A stretch of 60,000 nt of DNA, from positions 43,092,001 to 43,152,000 of the forward strand of contig NC_087245.1 of assembly GCF_037042905.1 (NCBI RefSeq), read 5' to 3'. This document shows positions 1 through 11,900 of this stretch, piece after piece. The notes beneath the pieces were generated by a model. That model was given only the letters and a program-made list of their open reading frames with translations. It had not been told where the DNA came from and did not search any database. This DNA comes from Lytechinus pictus. Lineage: Eukaryota. Both the position numbers and the translations under genes were made by a program. The first letter of the stretch is position 1. Every line of letters starts with the position of its first letter.

Positions 1-27
1 ATTGACCCAACAGAAGGGGATGCTGAG

Positions 28-2208
28 ATGTGGGATTATTTTGGTGAGGATGAAATTAAGGAACGGGCTGTCATGCTGGTTGCGGGTCTGCTGGCAAACA
101 GTAGCATTGTCCATACCACAGTTAATGAAGTTGTAGAAAAGTCAGCTTCTTTAGTTAAAGACACGTGTATGTATATAAAATATAAGGTGCAAAAATTCGG
201 TGCAGAAACTGGACTTGAAGAAAATGATGAATTTCAAAGTCTCCTATTGGATATAGATATGGTTTCCCACCCGTTTGATAACATGGAAAGTCAATACAAG
301 CAGAAGAAATTCTTCAAGAACAGTGCAGCTTTTATTCAGCCTGAACAAACTACAATAGGTATTGCATATTATCCATGTAATAACCGTTTAACAGGCAATG
401 TGCAGCAGGTTATGAAGACTATCACATGCCAGTACATTCCAATTAAAAAGCTAATAACCTTATTGCTTGAAAAAACAGATCTTATGAAACTAGCTGTAAG
501 CTATGTACCAAGCACAGATGGTATGATGCATGATTTTCAAGATGGTTTTTTCTGCAGGCAAAGTAGGTTTTTATCTAGCACTCGTACAATCAAACTAATT
601 CTGTATGTAGATGACTTCGAGGTTACCAACCCTCTTAGTCCTAAGTCTGGGACTCACAAACTGACAGGAGTGTATTTCAAAATTGCTAGTGTACCACCTC
701 AATACCGGTCAACTTTAGCAAACATATATTTGTTGATGCTGTTCAATTCAAGTGACGCAAAACTTTATGGATATCCTGTGATTTTGTCACAATTGCTGAA
801 AGATCTGAAGGTGCTTGAGTCAGATGGTATAGCCATTCATACCGACACTCTTGATGGAGTTGTAAAGGTTGGGATAGCACAAGTAGTAGGAGACAATCTA
901 GGGATTCACTCATTGTTTGGTTTCAGCGAGGGCTTCACAGCAAACTTTCCATGCAGAACTTGCCGAATGCCACGTGCTGACATAAAGCATGCTTTACTTG
1001 AAAGAAAAGAAGTAATGCGGACACCTGAGAATTATCAACTGGACCTTAATAGGAATAGCTTACAAGAGACTGGTATAAAATCACCATGTATCTTGAATGA
1101 ATTGACACACTTTCATACTCTAGACAACAGAGCACCAGACATCATGCATGACATGCTAGAGGGAGTGTGCCCCTTGGAGGTGAAATTGGTGCTGCATGAA
1201 CTTATCAGAAAACAAGCTTTTACATTAGAAACATTAAATGCCAGGATTACGAGTTTCAATTACGGCCTACCTGATGCAAGTAACAAACCCTGCCCCTTCA
1301 CTAGCAATCAGCTTCGTTTTCCTGATGGTGCTGCAGGACAGCATGCAGCACAAATGTGGTGCCTTGTCCGTCATATTGGAGTTATGCTTGCAGATCTTAT
1401 TCAAGAAGATGATGAGCACTGGGAACTTATCGTAGCTTTGAAACAATGTATGGATATCATTTTTTCATCTAAGATAAGCAAGGGACATACCTTGTTCTTG
1501 GCACAATTAATTAGAGACCACCACATGCTCTTTTTGCAACTCTTTCCTGATCGTGATCTGAAGCCGAAACACCACTTCATGAGCCACTACCCTTCAGCAA
1601 TGCAGCTGCTTGGACCTCTCATTATTTATTGGGTGATGCGTTTCGAAGGAAAGCACAACTTTTCTAAACGTTTGGCACACATTGTGTGCAATTTCAGAAA
1701 TATTGCCAAAACTCTAGCCTACAGAAACCAAATGCAGCTTTGCTATAACGTATTAAGCAATCAGACAATGACACAGAAATCTGTTGAAACAGGTCCTGGT
1801 TTATCTGTGATGTTAGCATCATTGGAAGGTGCTGAAATTATATCTCAGACATGTAGCATACCTTTATATGATGATATATATGTTGCACAGTGGTGCAAGG
1901 TTTATGGTACTGAGTATCGTGAAAATATGATGGTGGCAGTTAGCAAAAATGACAATGGAGATGCCCAATTTGGAAATGTGAGAACAGTGCTTGCAGTTGG
2001 TACAACAGTTTTTCTTGTGTGCCATTTGTGGCATACATATGGATTTAAAAGACACTTCCATGCTTATGCGGTACAACCTAAAGAGCCAAAGGAAATAACT
2101 GTGGTTCAAGTTGAGAATTTGATTGACTCTAATCCCCTGCATGCTACTAAATCCTATGATGACGATGATGACTTGTATTACATAAGCACAAGGGCCCGTA
2201 TTCCATAA
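28..2208 (+). CDS. EnSpm/CACTA-type DDE transposase (frame open from position 1, so the N-terminus is probably upstream; last 4 codons come from an inserted element)
   Basis: 726-aa ORF with motifs typical of animal EnSpm-like transposases: LYVDDFEVTNPL, GDNLGIHSLFGF, CRTC, DIMHDMLEGV, PKHHFMSHYP, MRFEGKH. Confidence 0.9.
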   Translation: MWDYFGEDEIKERAVMLVAGLLANSSIVHTTVNEVVEKSASLVKDTCMYIKYKVQKFGAETGLEENDEFQSLLLDIDMVSHPFDNMESQYKQKKFFKNSAAFIQPEQTTIGIAYYPCNNRLTGNVQQVMKTITCQYIPIKKLITLLLEKTDLMKLAVSYVPSTDGMMHDFQDGFFCRQSRFLSSTRTIKLILYVDDFEVTNPLSPKSGTHKLTGVYFKIASVPPQYRSTLANIYLLMLFNSSDAKLYGYPVILSQLLKDLKVLESDGIAIHTDTLDGVVKVGIAQVVGDNLGIHSLFGFSEGFTANFPCRTCRMPRADIKHALLERKEVMRTPENYQLDLNRNSLQETGIKSPCILNELTHFHTLDNRAPDIMHDMLEGVCPLEVKLVLHELIRKQAFTLETLNARITSFNYGLPDASNKPCPFTSNQLRFPDGAAGQHAAQMWCLVRHIGVMLADLIQEDDEHWELIVALKQCMDIIFSSKISKGHTLFLAQLIRDHHMLFLQLFPDRDLKPKHHFMSHYPSAMQLLGPLIIYWVMRFEGKHNFSKRLAHIVCNFRNIAKTLAYRNQMQLCYNVLSNQTMTQKSVETGPGLSVMLASLEGAEIISQTCSIPLYDDIYVAQWCKVYGTEYRENMMVAVSKNDNGDAQFGNVRTVLAVGTTVFLVCHLWHTYGFKRHFHAYAVQPKEPKEITVVQVENLIDSNPLHATKSYDDDDDLYYISTRARIP

Positions 2209-2689
2209 ACAAGATAAGCTTTTTGCTTAAGTCTTAGCAATTTGTCTTAGCATTTTGCTTGTCTAAGAAATCTTCCCTAGCGATATTCTATAAACTTTAA
2301 GACATTTGTCTCAAGTCAGGCGATATGGCTAAGCCAAAGTCTCAAATTATATGACCTTCAGCGACCTTCTCAATAATAAATTGCTGCAGGGGTGACTGCA
2401 ACAAACTTGCAAAAATGTCACTGAAGTTGTTTTTTCTTAAAACTTTGGATTTTATTGAAACTAATTACAATTATTGTAGTAAGAGAAGAGCATTTATCAC
2501 CCATATATGGTAAGAACTTTTTATTAAAATTATATATATTTTGTTAATTACCAAAACATTTCATCCCAAACCGAGTGACTTGCACAGTTTCTTTGTGTAT
2601 CAGTCCCATTTATTACTTTTCATGTATTGTTATTTGTCAAAATATAAACTATAAATTCCTCTCGACAGTTTACTTTAACTTCAGTTTAA

Positions 2690-4020
2690 GTAGACCTAGG
2701 CTCCCTAAGGGAAAACTTTTGTAACTTTTGAGACTAGCCTTGGGTCTAACATTAGGCCTAGATCTAGCCTAGGCCCAAGATCTATAAAATATCTGTCTGT
2801 TTTGAGGAGAATTGAACATTGTTTTGACTTTTTTACTTTCATGAAGGAAGGCTGCAAAACGTAACTCTGTTACACTTACAATGTTATTTAGTCTAGTGCC
2901 AGTGGGATGCCATACTTAGTGGAGCAACCGAGACTGAAGCTACATATAGTACATAGATCTAGACCTAAATAGTATTGGTCTAGGCCTAGAACAACATTCG
3001 GGACTAAGCCTGGCTTAGCCTTACTTAGCTTAGGACAGGGATAGATTTACATGTCAATGTAGGACTATCTGACTTAGTTAGAGTTAGGCCTAACGTTAGA
3101 CCAAAAGCTTCAGTCTCCATCTGTATTTTGGGTTTTCTGCTAAACTACGAGTAAGAGTAAGACACTCGACAGTCTAACATTACGTTGGCCTAGACCCCAA
3201 TCTCACCAATGTGACATGACAGTAAATGTCAGAAACTTTTAAATAAATCCCTAGAAACAATGGATATTCCTGTCTAACAAGTTACAGTGCTAGACCTATC
3301 CCTATGCATTGCTTGCCAACTACGCCTAAACTTATAATCCTGACCTAGAAATCTATGTAAAAAGTTAGATCTAACTAAGTTAGATCTAGCATTCTAGGCC
3401 TACTTCTTTTTTAGGTCCATCTGTTTGTTTGGAGGAGTTTTTATTTTATACATTTTGGGGAGTTTGTTTAGATCTAGGTTTCTACAAAACAGGCCTAAAT
3501 TAAAACCTAGACCAACAGCTCAGTGAAAGTGACTCAGTCTAGACTGGGAGCTAGATTTATATAAAAATTTAGTTAAGATCTAGGCGGCCTAGCCTAGTAT
3601 GGCTATACTTTCTTCTATTCATTCCAGATTATATTTCTAGCCTAGCCGGTAGCCCTAACGTTGGCTGATCTAGTCAGACTAGTCTACTGTTTGATCTGGA
3701 ATCTCTAACGTAGGCCTAGATCTAGACTTAATGACTAAGACTAAAAGTTAGACCCTATCTAGATCTAGAAGTAGAACTATATCAATCTAAGTAATAGGTC
3801 GAGAACTAGAGTAGAGACTTGTATACTCTATCAAAATATAGATTCTAGTTCTAAAAAATAGTAAATGTAGGCTAGTCTAGATCTATTCATCTAACATTAG
3901 GCCTGAAAAGGGAAGTAAGCTAGGGATATAGCATTGGATTATTTCTAGGACTGAAGGATCTTGATCTTTGGCTTACATCTAAAGCTAGGGGCTGTAGTTT
4001 GAGATCTAGAGGTCTAGCCC
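2690..4020. repeat. Region saturated with short TA-flanked palindromes (TAGATCTA, TAGGCCTA, TAACGTTA, CTAG)
   Basis: Many CTAG-containing palindromic 6-8-mers without a fixed period. Confidence 0.7.
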
Positions 4021-4119
4021 TCCCCCATCCTAAAATTAAAAACGATAACTAAGCCCACAGCTACATGTAGTTTTCTATGTAGCCAAACAAAAGTTAGCAT
4101 TGACCACTGTCTTAATCTT

Positions 4120-4900
4120 ATTTTGGCGTATGATATGTTGTTACCTTGGCAACACGATTTCTGATACAAACAAAAATATTCTCGCACATTTTCAACTCAA
4201 GACTGATGTGTGTGCCAAATTTCATGAGCATTGGTTGAAAAGAGATGAAGGAACTCAAACTACAAGATTTTCACCTTATTTTCGTTAAATAATATGTTTT
4301 TACCATGGCAACACGATTTTTGATACAGGCAAAAATATGTCTTAGACATCTTCAACTCAAGACTAATGTGTATGCCAAATTTTTAGGAGAATAGACCAGT
4401 TGAAAACTGATAAAGTAATTCAATCACAAGATTTTCATTTATTTTTGGTATTTTATTTGTTACCATGGCAACACAATTTTTTTATATAGGCAAAAAACAT
4501 GTTTTGCACATTTTCACATAATGACTATAAATGTTTGTGCCATATTTCATGAAAATTGGTTAAAAACTAGAGAAATAGTTGGAACAGCGAGATTTATACA
4601 TAATTTTTTGCCATAATATACCGTTACCATGGCAACACATTTTCCGACACATGCAAAAATGTGTCTTGCACATCTTTTCCTCAAATCCAATGTGTTAGCC
4701 AACTTTCATGAGAATTGGTATAAAACTAATGAAGTATTTTAAACGGCAAAATTTGGGCCATAATATATTGTTACCATGGCAACACAATTTCCGAAAAAGA
4801 AAAAAAGAACAAAATCTTCCACCTCCTTACCTTAAGACTAATGTGTGTTCCAAATTTCATGAAAATCGGTTTTAAAAAATGAGATAGGAGCTCGAAATGC
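4120..4900 (+). repeat. Tandem array, ~5 units of ~150-165 bp, each with a GTTACCATGGCAAC-type motif and usually CCAAATTTCATG
   Basis: Motif starts at ~4140, 4299, 4459, 4623 and 4770. Confidence 0.85.
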
Positions 4901-5994
4901 AATATAGGTATAAATTCTAAAATTGTGTTGGCTGAAATTGCCTTGAAACTACAACAATTAAGACAGCTCACAACTGTCTTAAAGTTAGGGCTAAATTCTT
5001 AGCCATGTTGTATTTATGAAATACAGACTCTGCATATTTAAGAAAAGTTACTTAGCCATTCATCCTAAATCTGTCTTAGTCGCGCAAAACTTCTTAGCCA
5101 TATTCTTAGACAAAATTCTTAGCCAATTCTTTATGGAATACGCGTTTTGGCTAAGCATTTTGTCTTAGACAGAAAAATAAGACAAAATGCTTAGATTTTT
5201 GACTTAAGCATGCTTATCTCGTTTATGGAATACGGGCCAAGATGTATGTTGTAGGTGAGTAATTCAATCGCAAAAAAGATTGATTTATTTTGCTAAGTTA
5301 CTAAAACAGGATTTTCAATCTACTGCAGGTCACAAACCATTAATTTTGAGCCAGAGCTCGATATACAATGCACATGTAGAGGGTGCACAGCACACATGCA
5401 CAATGTAGATAACATTTTTTGTTTGCATGTAGAGTTTCTGACCTGCATACACATTGTGCATGTGAAGAAATCTGATTAATTCGTTACAATTTCAACTCAC
5501 AACTCACTTCCTTTATGACTGCTTGCTGTTCATAGCAATGTAACTTGACACTTTGACGGACATGCAGGATCCAAATTTTTGGTCTAAAAACTTGGATGTT
5601 AATACTGTATATAAGTTTTCAAGTTTTACATGTAATAGAAACTCTTAGTTTAAAAAAAAAAGTCGATGCTTTGACATAAAAACAAACAGACCAAAAAAAA
5701 AACAAAGGAGTACGTAGACCTTCATGTTTGAGTAGCTCAATAGCTCAGGAACTCCTGAAAGAGCTTGTAAACCAGCTAGGGAGTTTTGTAAAGATTTAGT
5801 GATTCTACCTGATCTTAGTACAACTCTTGTATGAAACTATAAGTAGTATAGTGATTAAATGCTGATTGAAACTTTTGGAATTTTGAATAAATTATCTCTG
5901 GGAATCCATTGAGCACTCTGTTTTGGGAATTGTGAAAACAAATTTAATGATTTACTGTATTAATAACCATCTGTTCTGCACTTCACTACTTGAG

Positions 5995-8900
5995 GGACCA
6001 TCATTGATCTCTGAAGATTGCACGTTCTCTGAAGATATCCCAAGTACTAGCAACTCCTCACTGTCTATCCCAAGTGGTTCATCAACATCTATCATCAAAC
6101 CACCAGAAGATATCCCAAGCACCAGCAACTCCTCAACGTCTATCCGAAGCAGTTCATCATCAACATCTAAACCACCAGAAGATATCCCAAACACCAGCAA
6201 CTCGTCAGTGTCTATCCCAAGCAGTTCATCAACATCTATCATCAAACCACCCGAGGCTAAAAAGATCAAGATGGCTCATGTAAGTTTTTAATCAACATTA
6301 AGGGAGGTCAGAGCCTTGCGACTTCTGTAAAATTGTTTTCATTGTAACTTGAAAACTGATAATGTATGCTGAATAAATGTAGACACTTTTTAAAAGGAAA
6401 TTTCACAAGAAATCTAATTATAGCATCAGATTTTAGATTAAGAACTTGCTTTTCAGAAACTCACCAAAAACAGCAAGTTATTTATCCAATTTTTTTAACA
6501 AGCCTAGAAAAAATACTTTTGGGTAAAAAATGGGTAAACATCATCTAAATCGATAGTTCTTGGGTATGTTTTTTTTTTTTTTTAAGTTAAATTCCTATTT
6601 TTCAAAATATTTGTCAGTAAAGGCAAAAATCATTTTTTTAAACCAAAAAAACCCATGATTTGTAAAGCAGTTATTTGACACATATTGGCTGTTTTTTAGA
6701 AAAATATGAAATTAATTTTAAAAAAAGGTATGAAAACAATCCCAGAAACTATCGATTTGGATGATGGTACCACATTTAACGATTGTTGGCGCAAAATGAA
6801 GAAAAAAAATGTACTAGCTAGGCTCCTTGTTTGTTCCTGTTCCTATAGTATCTCTCTCATATTCTAGATGTGAAGGCCCCGGCACATACATGGATCACTT
6901 AAAGCATCCACTTATGACCTTTCTTTGTAATCACTTCTGATCTGCAGGACATACGAGCCATCTTGTCCAAACGGAGAGAGGGGGAGGAGCTTATAAAGGA
7001 GATGGAGGAAGGGTGCATCAGCTACAATTCACGAAAATTGATAGTGAACACATTGGTCTCACACCTGATAGAGACATATACAAAGTGGTAAGCTAAAATC
7101 CTATGAGCAGAAAAAGGAAATGCTAGCGTATTTAGATGTGCTATACTATGTGGTAGTTTATTTGCTTATTTGCCTTACCAATTGACTCCAGTGATCAAAT
7201 AGATGTCAAGGATTAAAAGTTTGACCACAGACACATACATACCATTTCAAAAGCAATCCCTTTCTCTTGTAGATGACACAAAAGTTAATTATCAACTTAA
7301 CTGGTGCATTGCATACCAGAAATAACCAGACACTTGGTATAAAAATTGTATACATGTAATCTTATCTAACAAATTTCACATAAATTTATATTTTTTTACA
7401 TTTTCATGGCATAATTGAAACTTGTGTGTTGATATTTAAACACAGCTTTTGAATTGTTTATCACATTTACATAACAAATACATGCAATGAGCTGACATTA
7501 CATGTGTATTATGCAGGTGCTTGGAAATAGTTTGGTGTGATACATACACCTTGCACTGTTTGTCTGCTTTATTAAAGGATGGGAGTTTGGAATTACTAAA
7601 ATCAGAAAATGGGTGGATCAAAATTTTGCTATATAAAGGATATTCTCAAAGCAGATCACCAATGAAGCAGAAGTTCATCAGACTACAATTCAAAGCAGGG
7701 AATAATTTTGCTTCCCAGATTTGATTAGAAATTTTTGGAGATGGGAAAATATTTAAAACAAATTATGTACAATCCCATGGAAAAAAAATTGTGACACAAA
7801 GTAAATTTTGTGTAGCAGCCCTGCAAAAAAGCAAAGCAAATTGCGATGCGATACTAGGTAATTTATTCCCTGCAAAGAATTGCATTTAATCTCTAATATA
7901 TATAGCCTTTTAAAACAATATTCTTAAACATTCAATTTTCATTTTTCTAAAGGCCTAAAACAGAGCAAAAATTGGCAATGGCAAAATGCATTGTTACCCA
8001 GTTTCCTGCGTTGGACAATGATGATCATGATGCTTACGTAAGTTTTGAGTTCATTATGTTAGTTCATGGCTAGATAAATTGTGTGTAACATTGTTACTTG
8101 TTAAAGATAGGATCACCCATTTACAAGCCATGTTCATCATTGACTTTAGGCTCATGATGACCAAGATAACCATTGTTTATACTTAATATCAGCTAATGCT
8201 AAATGACCCCCTGAACACGTTATCTGCAGCAGGTTATTATTTACTCAACCAGACAAAAGTGGATGAAACTTGATACAACTGAAAGTCTAAATGCTTAAAT
8301 CATTGAAAGGTTATTGTCTCAGATTGGGCAAGCCTTTATTAAGGTAAATCTGATTGACCGTACAGTTACCCCAAAGGGTAATACAAATTCTTATGAACAG
8401 TGATCTCTACTTCTAAAATTCAATAGTTTTGTTTTACTTTTTTTACTCTTTTACTTTAAAGTTGACCTGGTTCACTCCAGCAAGCCAAAACAAAACAAAA
8501 GATTCATCAGGTTACATTGAAATGCGGCTAAGGAACGTCAGATATCGTGATCCTGCCAGAACGCCAAAAGAAAGCAACAAGAAAGTGCAAGCAAACTTGC
8601 CTAATACAGAAGACCTGGATCTGTCGTCAGGTAAGGAAGAAATATAACAACTGAACATTACATAACCTTAGTTAATTGGTCATGGAGATCTAATAGGGGT
8701 ATTTGTGTCTGCCAGGGAAGCATACACAGAATTAGTCTCAAATAATACCCATGCATGTGTATAGTGTCTTTTAAAAAGTGGGTTTAAGCAATCATGCTGA
8801 CACATTCAAGCGACATCTGAATATACAAATTAGTTGCGCTGTAACGAAAATGAGGCAATTTTTCGTATCGATCTGAATGATATTTTGGAGATCTGCGCCA

Positions 8901-11900
8901 CAAGTTCCTTCCTTTTTTTCTGTACCCTTTTTGTTTGTACAAAATAGTGAAATCAGTCAAGAAATATTCAGGGAAGTGGTTGATTCTTGACATCTTAACA
9001 AATAAACTCCTAGTGCTTTAAGGCTTCACATGCTTCATCTATTCAGCACCATGCACATTACAGTGTATGAGCCTGGGGGTTGAGCGTGCATCATGCAGGC
9101 TGCGACGATTTTTTCTTCACTTGATTGCCTGGTCAGGCAAGCTTGGCCTTAAAACTGCTTGACCTTGCTAACAAGCCGCATAACAAAACGGTCTGTGCAA
9201 AGTTAAAAGTCAGAATATGTTTATGGTTTGTAACTATTTAAGACATGTATAATTTTTGGATGTGTGTAACTTAAGTGATAACATTGATGCAAGCTAACTT
9301 ACGATTTGATATTAATCATTGTTGCCCAAACCAAAAAATGATTGCCCAGGGCAATCAGGCAACCAATTGTCACAGCCTGCCCACATGTTTTATTTCTTGT
9401 GTTAATTTTTTACTGTCATCAGGTGAAATGGAACATTTGCTTGTGACTGTCATGACTTATAAATAAACTAAAAAGGCATAATGCATTAACTCCCTGAATT
9501 TATTTGCATATTTAGATAGAGATGAGGAAGTAGATGCAAAAATAAAGTGGCTTCAGGACCACAAAGAGCCAAGGCAACAAGTTCGATCATGGATGAGGGA
9601 TACCTGTAAGGCGAGGGCAGGCTACATTAGAGACAATAAGGACAAACCTGTGCAAGAGCTTTTACTGTTGTTTCCACGTTTAATTGACACAGAAGGAATG
9701 GTAAGTTTTCAATGGTACTGACTAGTAAAGTCTTCCTGCTTTTGCAGTAATTCCTGCTTTTTTAATTTATGATTTCCAGCTTGATCTTGCACTTTTATCT
9801 AATTTCAGCCCGTTTTGAAGGCTTTTAAAAGCCCAGATTCATTCACATTTTCAGGTTTTTCCTTCAGGCCAGCTTGCATTTCTAAGACGATGGCACAGTT
9901 CTGTAATGTGATGTGAAAAAAATAGGGGTGTCTACATAGGGTGGCAAAATATCACAGCTCTCACAGTTCACAACTTATACACTTTTTAGCTCCCTGCGTT
10001 CAAATTTTTTGCAGAGCCATTTTTTGACCAGTCAGCTTAGTAAATTATTCAATTTTATGTATATGTAATTCTTGTAGTTTCCACTTTAATAGAGCAAATA
10101 GAATGTACAAAACATGTTTTCTTTATACTAATGACAAAACATAAAACTATTCGATTTTAACTTTGTCTTTATACAGGTTGACCAGGATTTCCGAATTCTT
10201 TTCCCACAATCAGCAGATAAGTTATTCCTCACATGGCCGAAATTTTGCAGACATGTCCTGAACTATGCTGAAAAGCAGGTGGATTGGAGGCTATACCTTA
10301 ACTTCAAAGGTGCTGTTGAAACAGGTAAAATGGTGCTTATGTCTAACAGCTTCACTCTTCTTTCAAACCTACAGTCAGGCCATGCCATGCCCGTCACTTT
10401 GACAGGTAACTTCCCTTTTTGACGGGCAAGTAATGAACATTTTATACAAATTCAGCCCATTTTGGACAGGCACTCTTTCAAAAATGAGGGGCAACTCCAA
10501 AATTCTAACTAAGGCCCTGCCTACAGTAGTGAATATGCAATTTGAAATCCATTCTACATGTATGTATTATAATAGCTTGGTGAAAACCTGATAATCCAGA
10601 CTATGATTGTCCCATTTCAGTAAGTGGGATTAATGTTAATGTTAATTAATTAGAGCGATGTGAACTATATCAACATTTTTTACAATTTGCAGTAATAGTA
10701 ATAAACTACAAATATGTCTGGAAAAGTATTTGTTTCTTTTAAATATGAATATTATTATAAATTCATTTACTTTGTCGTACGAAAACTTGCTTCCTTCATC
10801 ATATCATTGCTGAGATGATAAAAGCCTTATATCTCAACAAAAAAGTGAAATGTTCAGGAGAGCATAAATACATTAATTGCTTTCAATACAAGATTACAGA
10901 TCATGTTCATGTAAGTTGCAAGGTTCAGTAAGTTCATTGTACATGTAGGACATAATATTTGCAAATTGAAATGCAAAAGTTTGTCAGAACAAAATCTGAA
11001 TTAATTAGCAACAACAAAATCTTTTTTAAAGTCATTTTCATCAAAATTTGACATGCAGATCGATTTTTATCATCTCTACGCCAATATTGGGATCTTAAAT
11101 TTATGCTACTGACATTTTTTGTAAAAAATTTGCTATTTCAAGATAACTCTAATTTGACCTCTGCCAACATCATTCTCACCCACCTAAGACTATAATATAA
11201 CCAATGATATTATAGTCTCATTCACTGGTGTTGAGTCGTATTTGATAACCACCTCTTTATCTCCAATTTGAAATTGTGTGATATGAATGGAGGACAAAGC
11301 CCGTGTTTGATGCTGGGAAGGGGGTCTTAGTAAAAGGGTGGGTACGGGGATGTGTGGCCCGAATAGGGTCCTTTTTGGCCTCTCTTTTTTACCTATGGCC
11401 CCTTTTTTAAAAATTGGTGTACATATTAATTTTTGAGGAATTTTTCTTTGGTTTACCGATATATTGTCAAAAAGTACTTATTTGCATTCCAATTTACTTG
11501 GTATTAAAAAACACTGATTAGTTTTAAAAAGGCCCCTTCCAAAAGCAACAAAAGTAAATGGTTAACACATGGGTTGCAAATTTGCATCTTCTTAGGTTTA
11601 CTCATCAAAGGGTGGTTGTTGGAAATTTTGGGTGTTCGGGCTGCACATCTGTACTTAACTTTAATCTCAGGTTAGATGTGATAAAATGAGCACAAATTAA
11701 TCTTAGTCTGTCCTGGAGTTTACTTCTCTGCAGGTGTTTTTGCCGTTGCTATCATGTCACGTTTGCGGCGTCTGTACGCGCTTTCATATGCACTTGTTTG
11801 ATTCACAACACGCTCCCATAACTAGTTGATGAGCAATTTACTCTTGCTATGCTGCGGCATAAATTGTTCTTGTACAGATGTGACTTTGATGTCAGCGCAA

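Larger units (their letters stand above)
2193..5238. mobile_element. Non-autonomous PIF/Harbinger-like element inserted in the final codons of the transposase
   Basis: TIRs GGCCCGTATTCCATAAAC (2193) / GTTTATGGAATACGGGCC (5238); 3-bp TSD AAG at 2190-2192 and 5239-5241; no long ORF inside. Confidence 0.9.
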
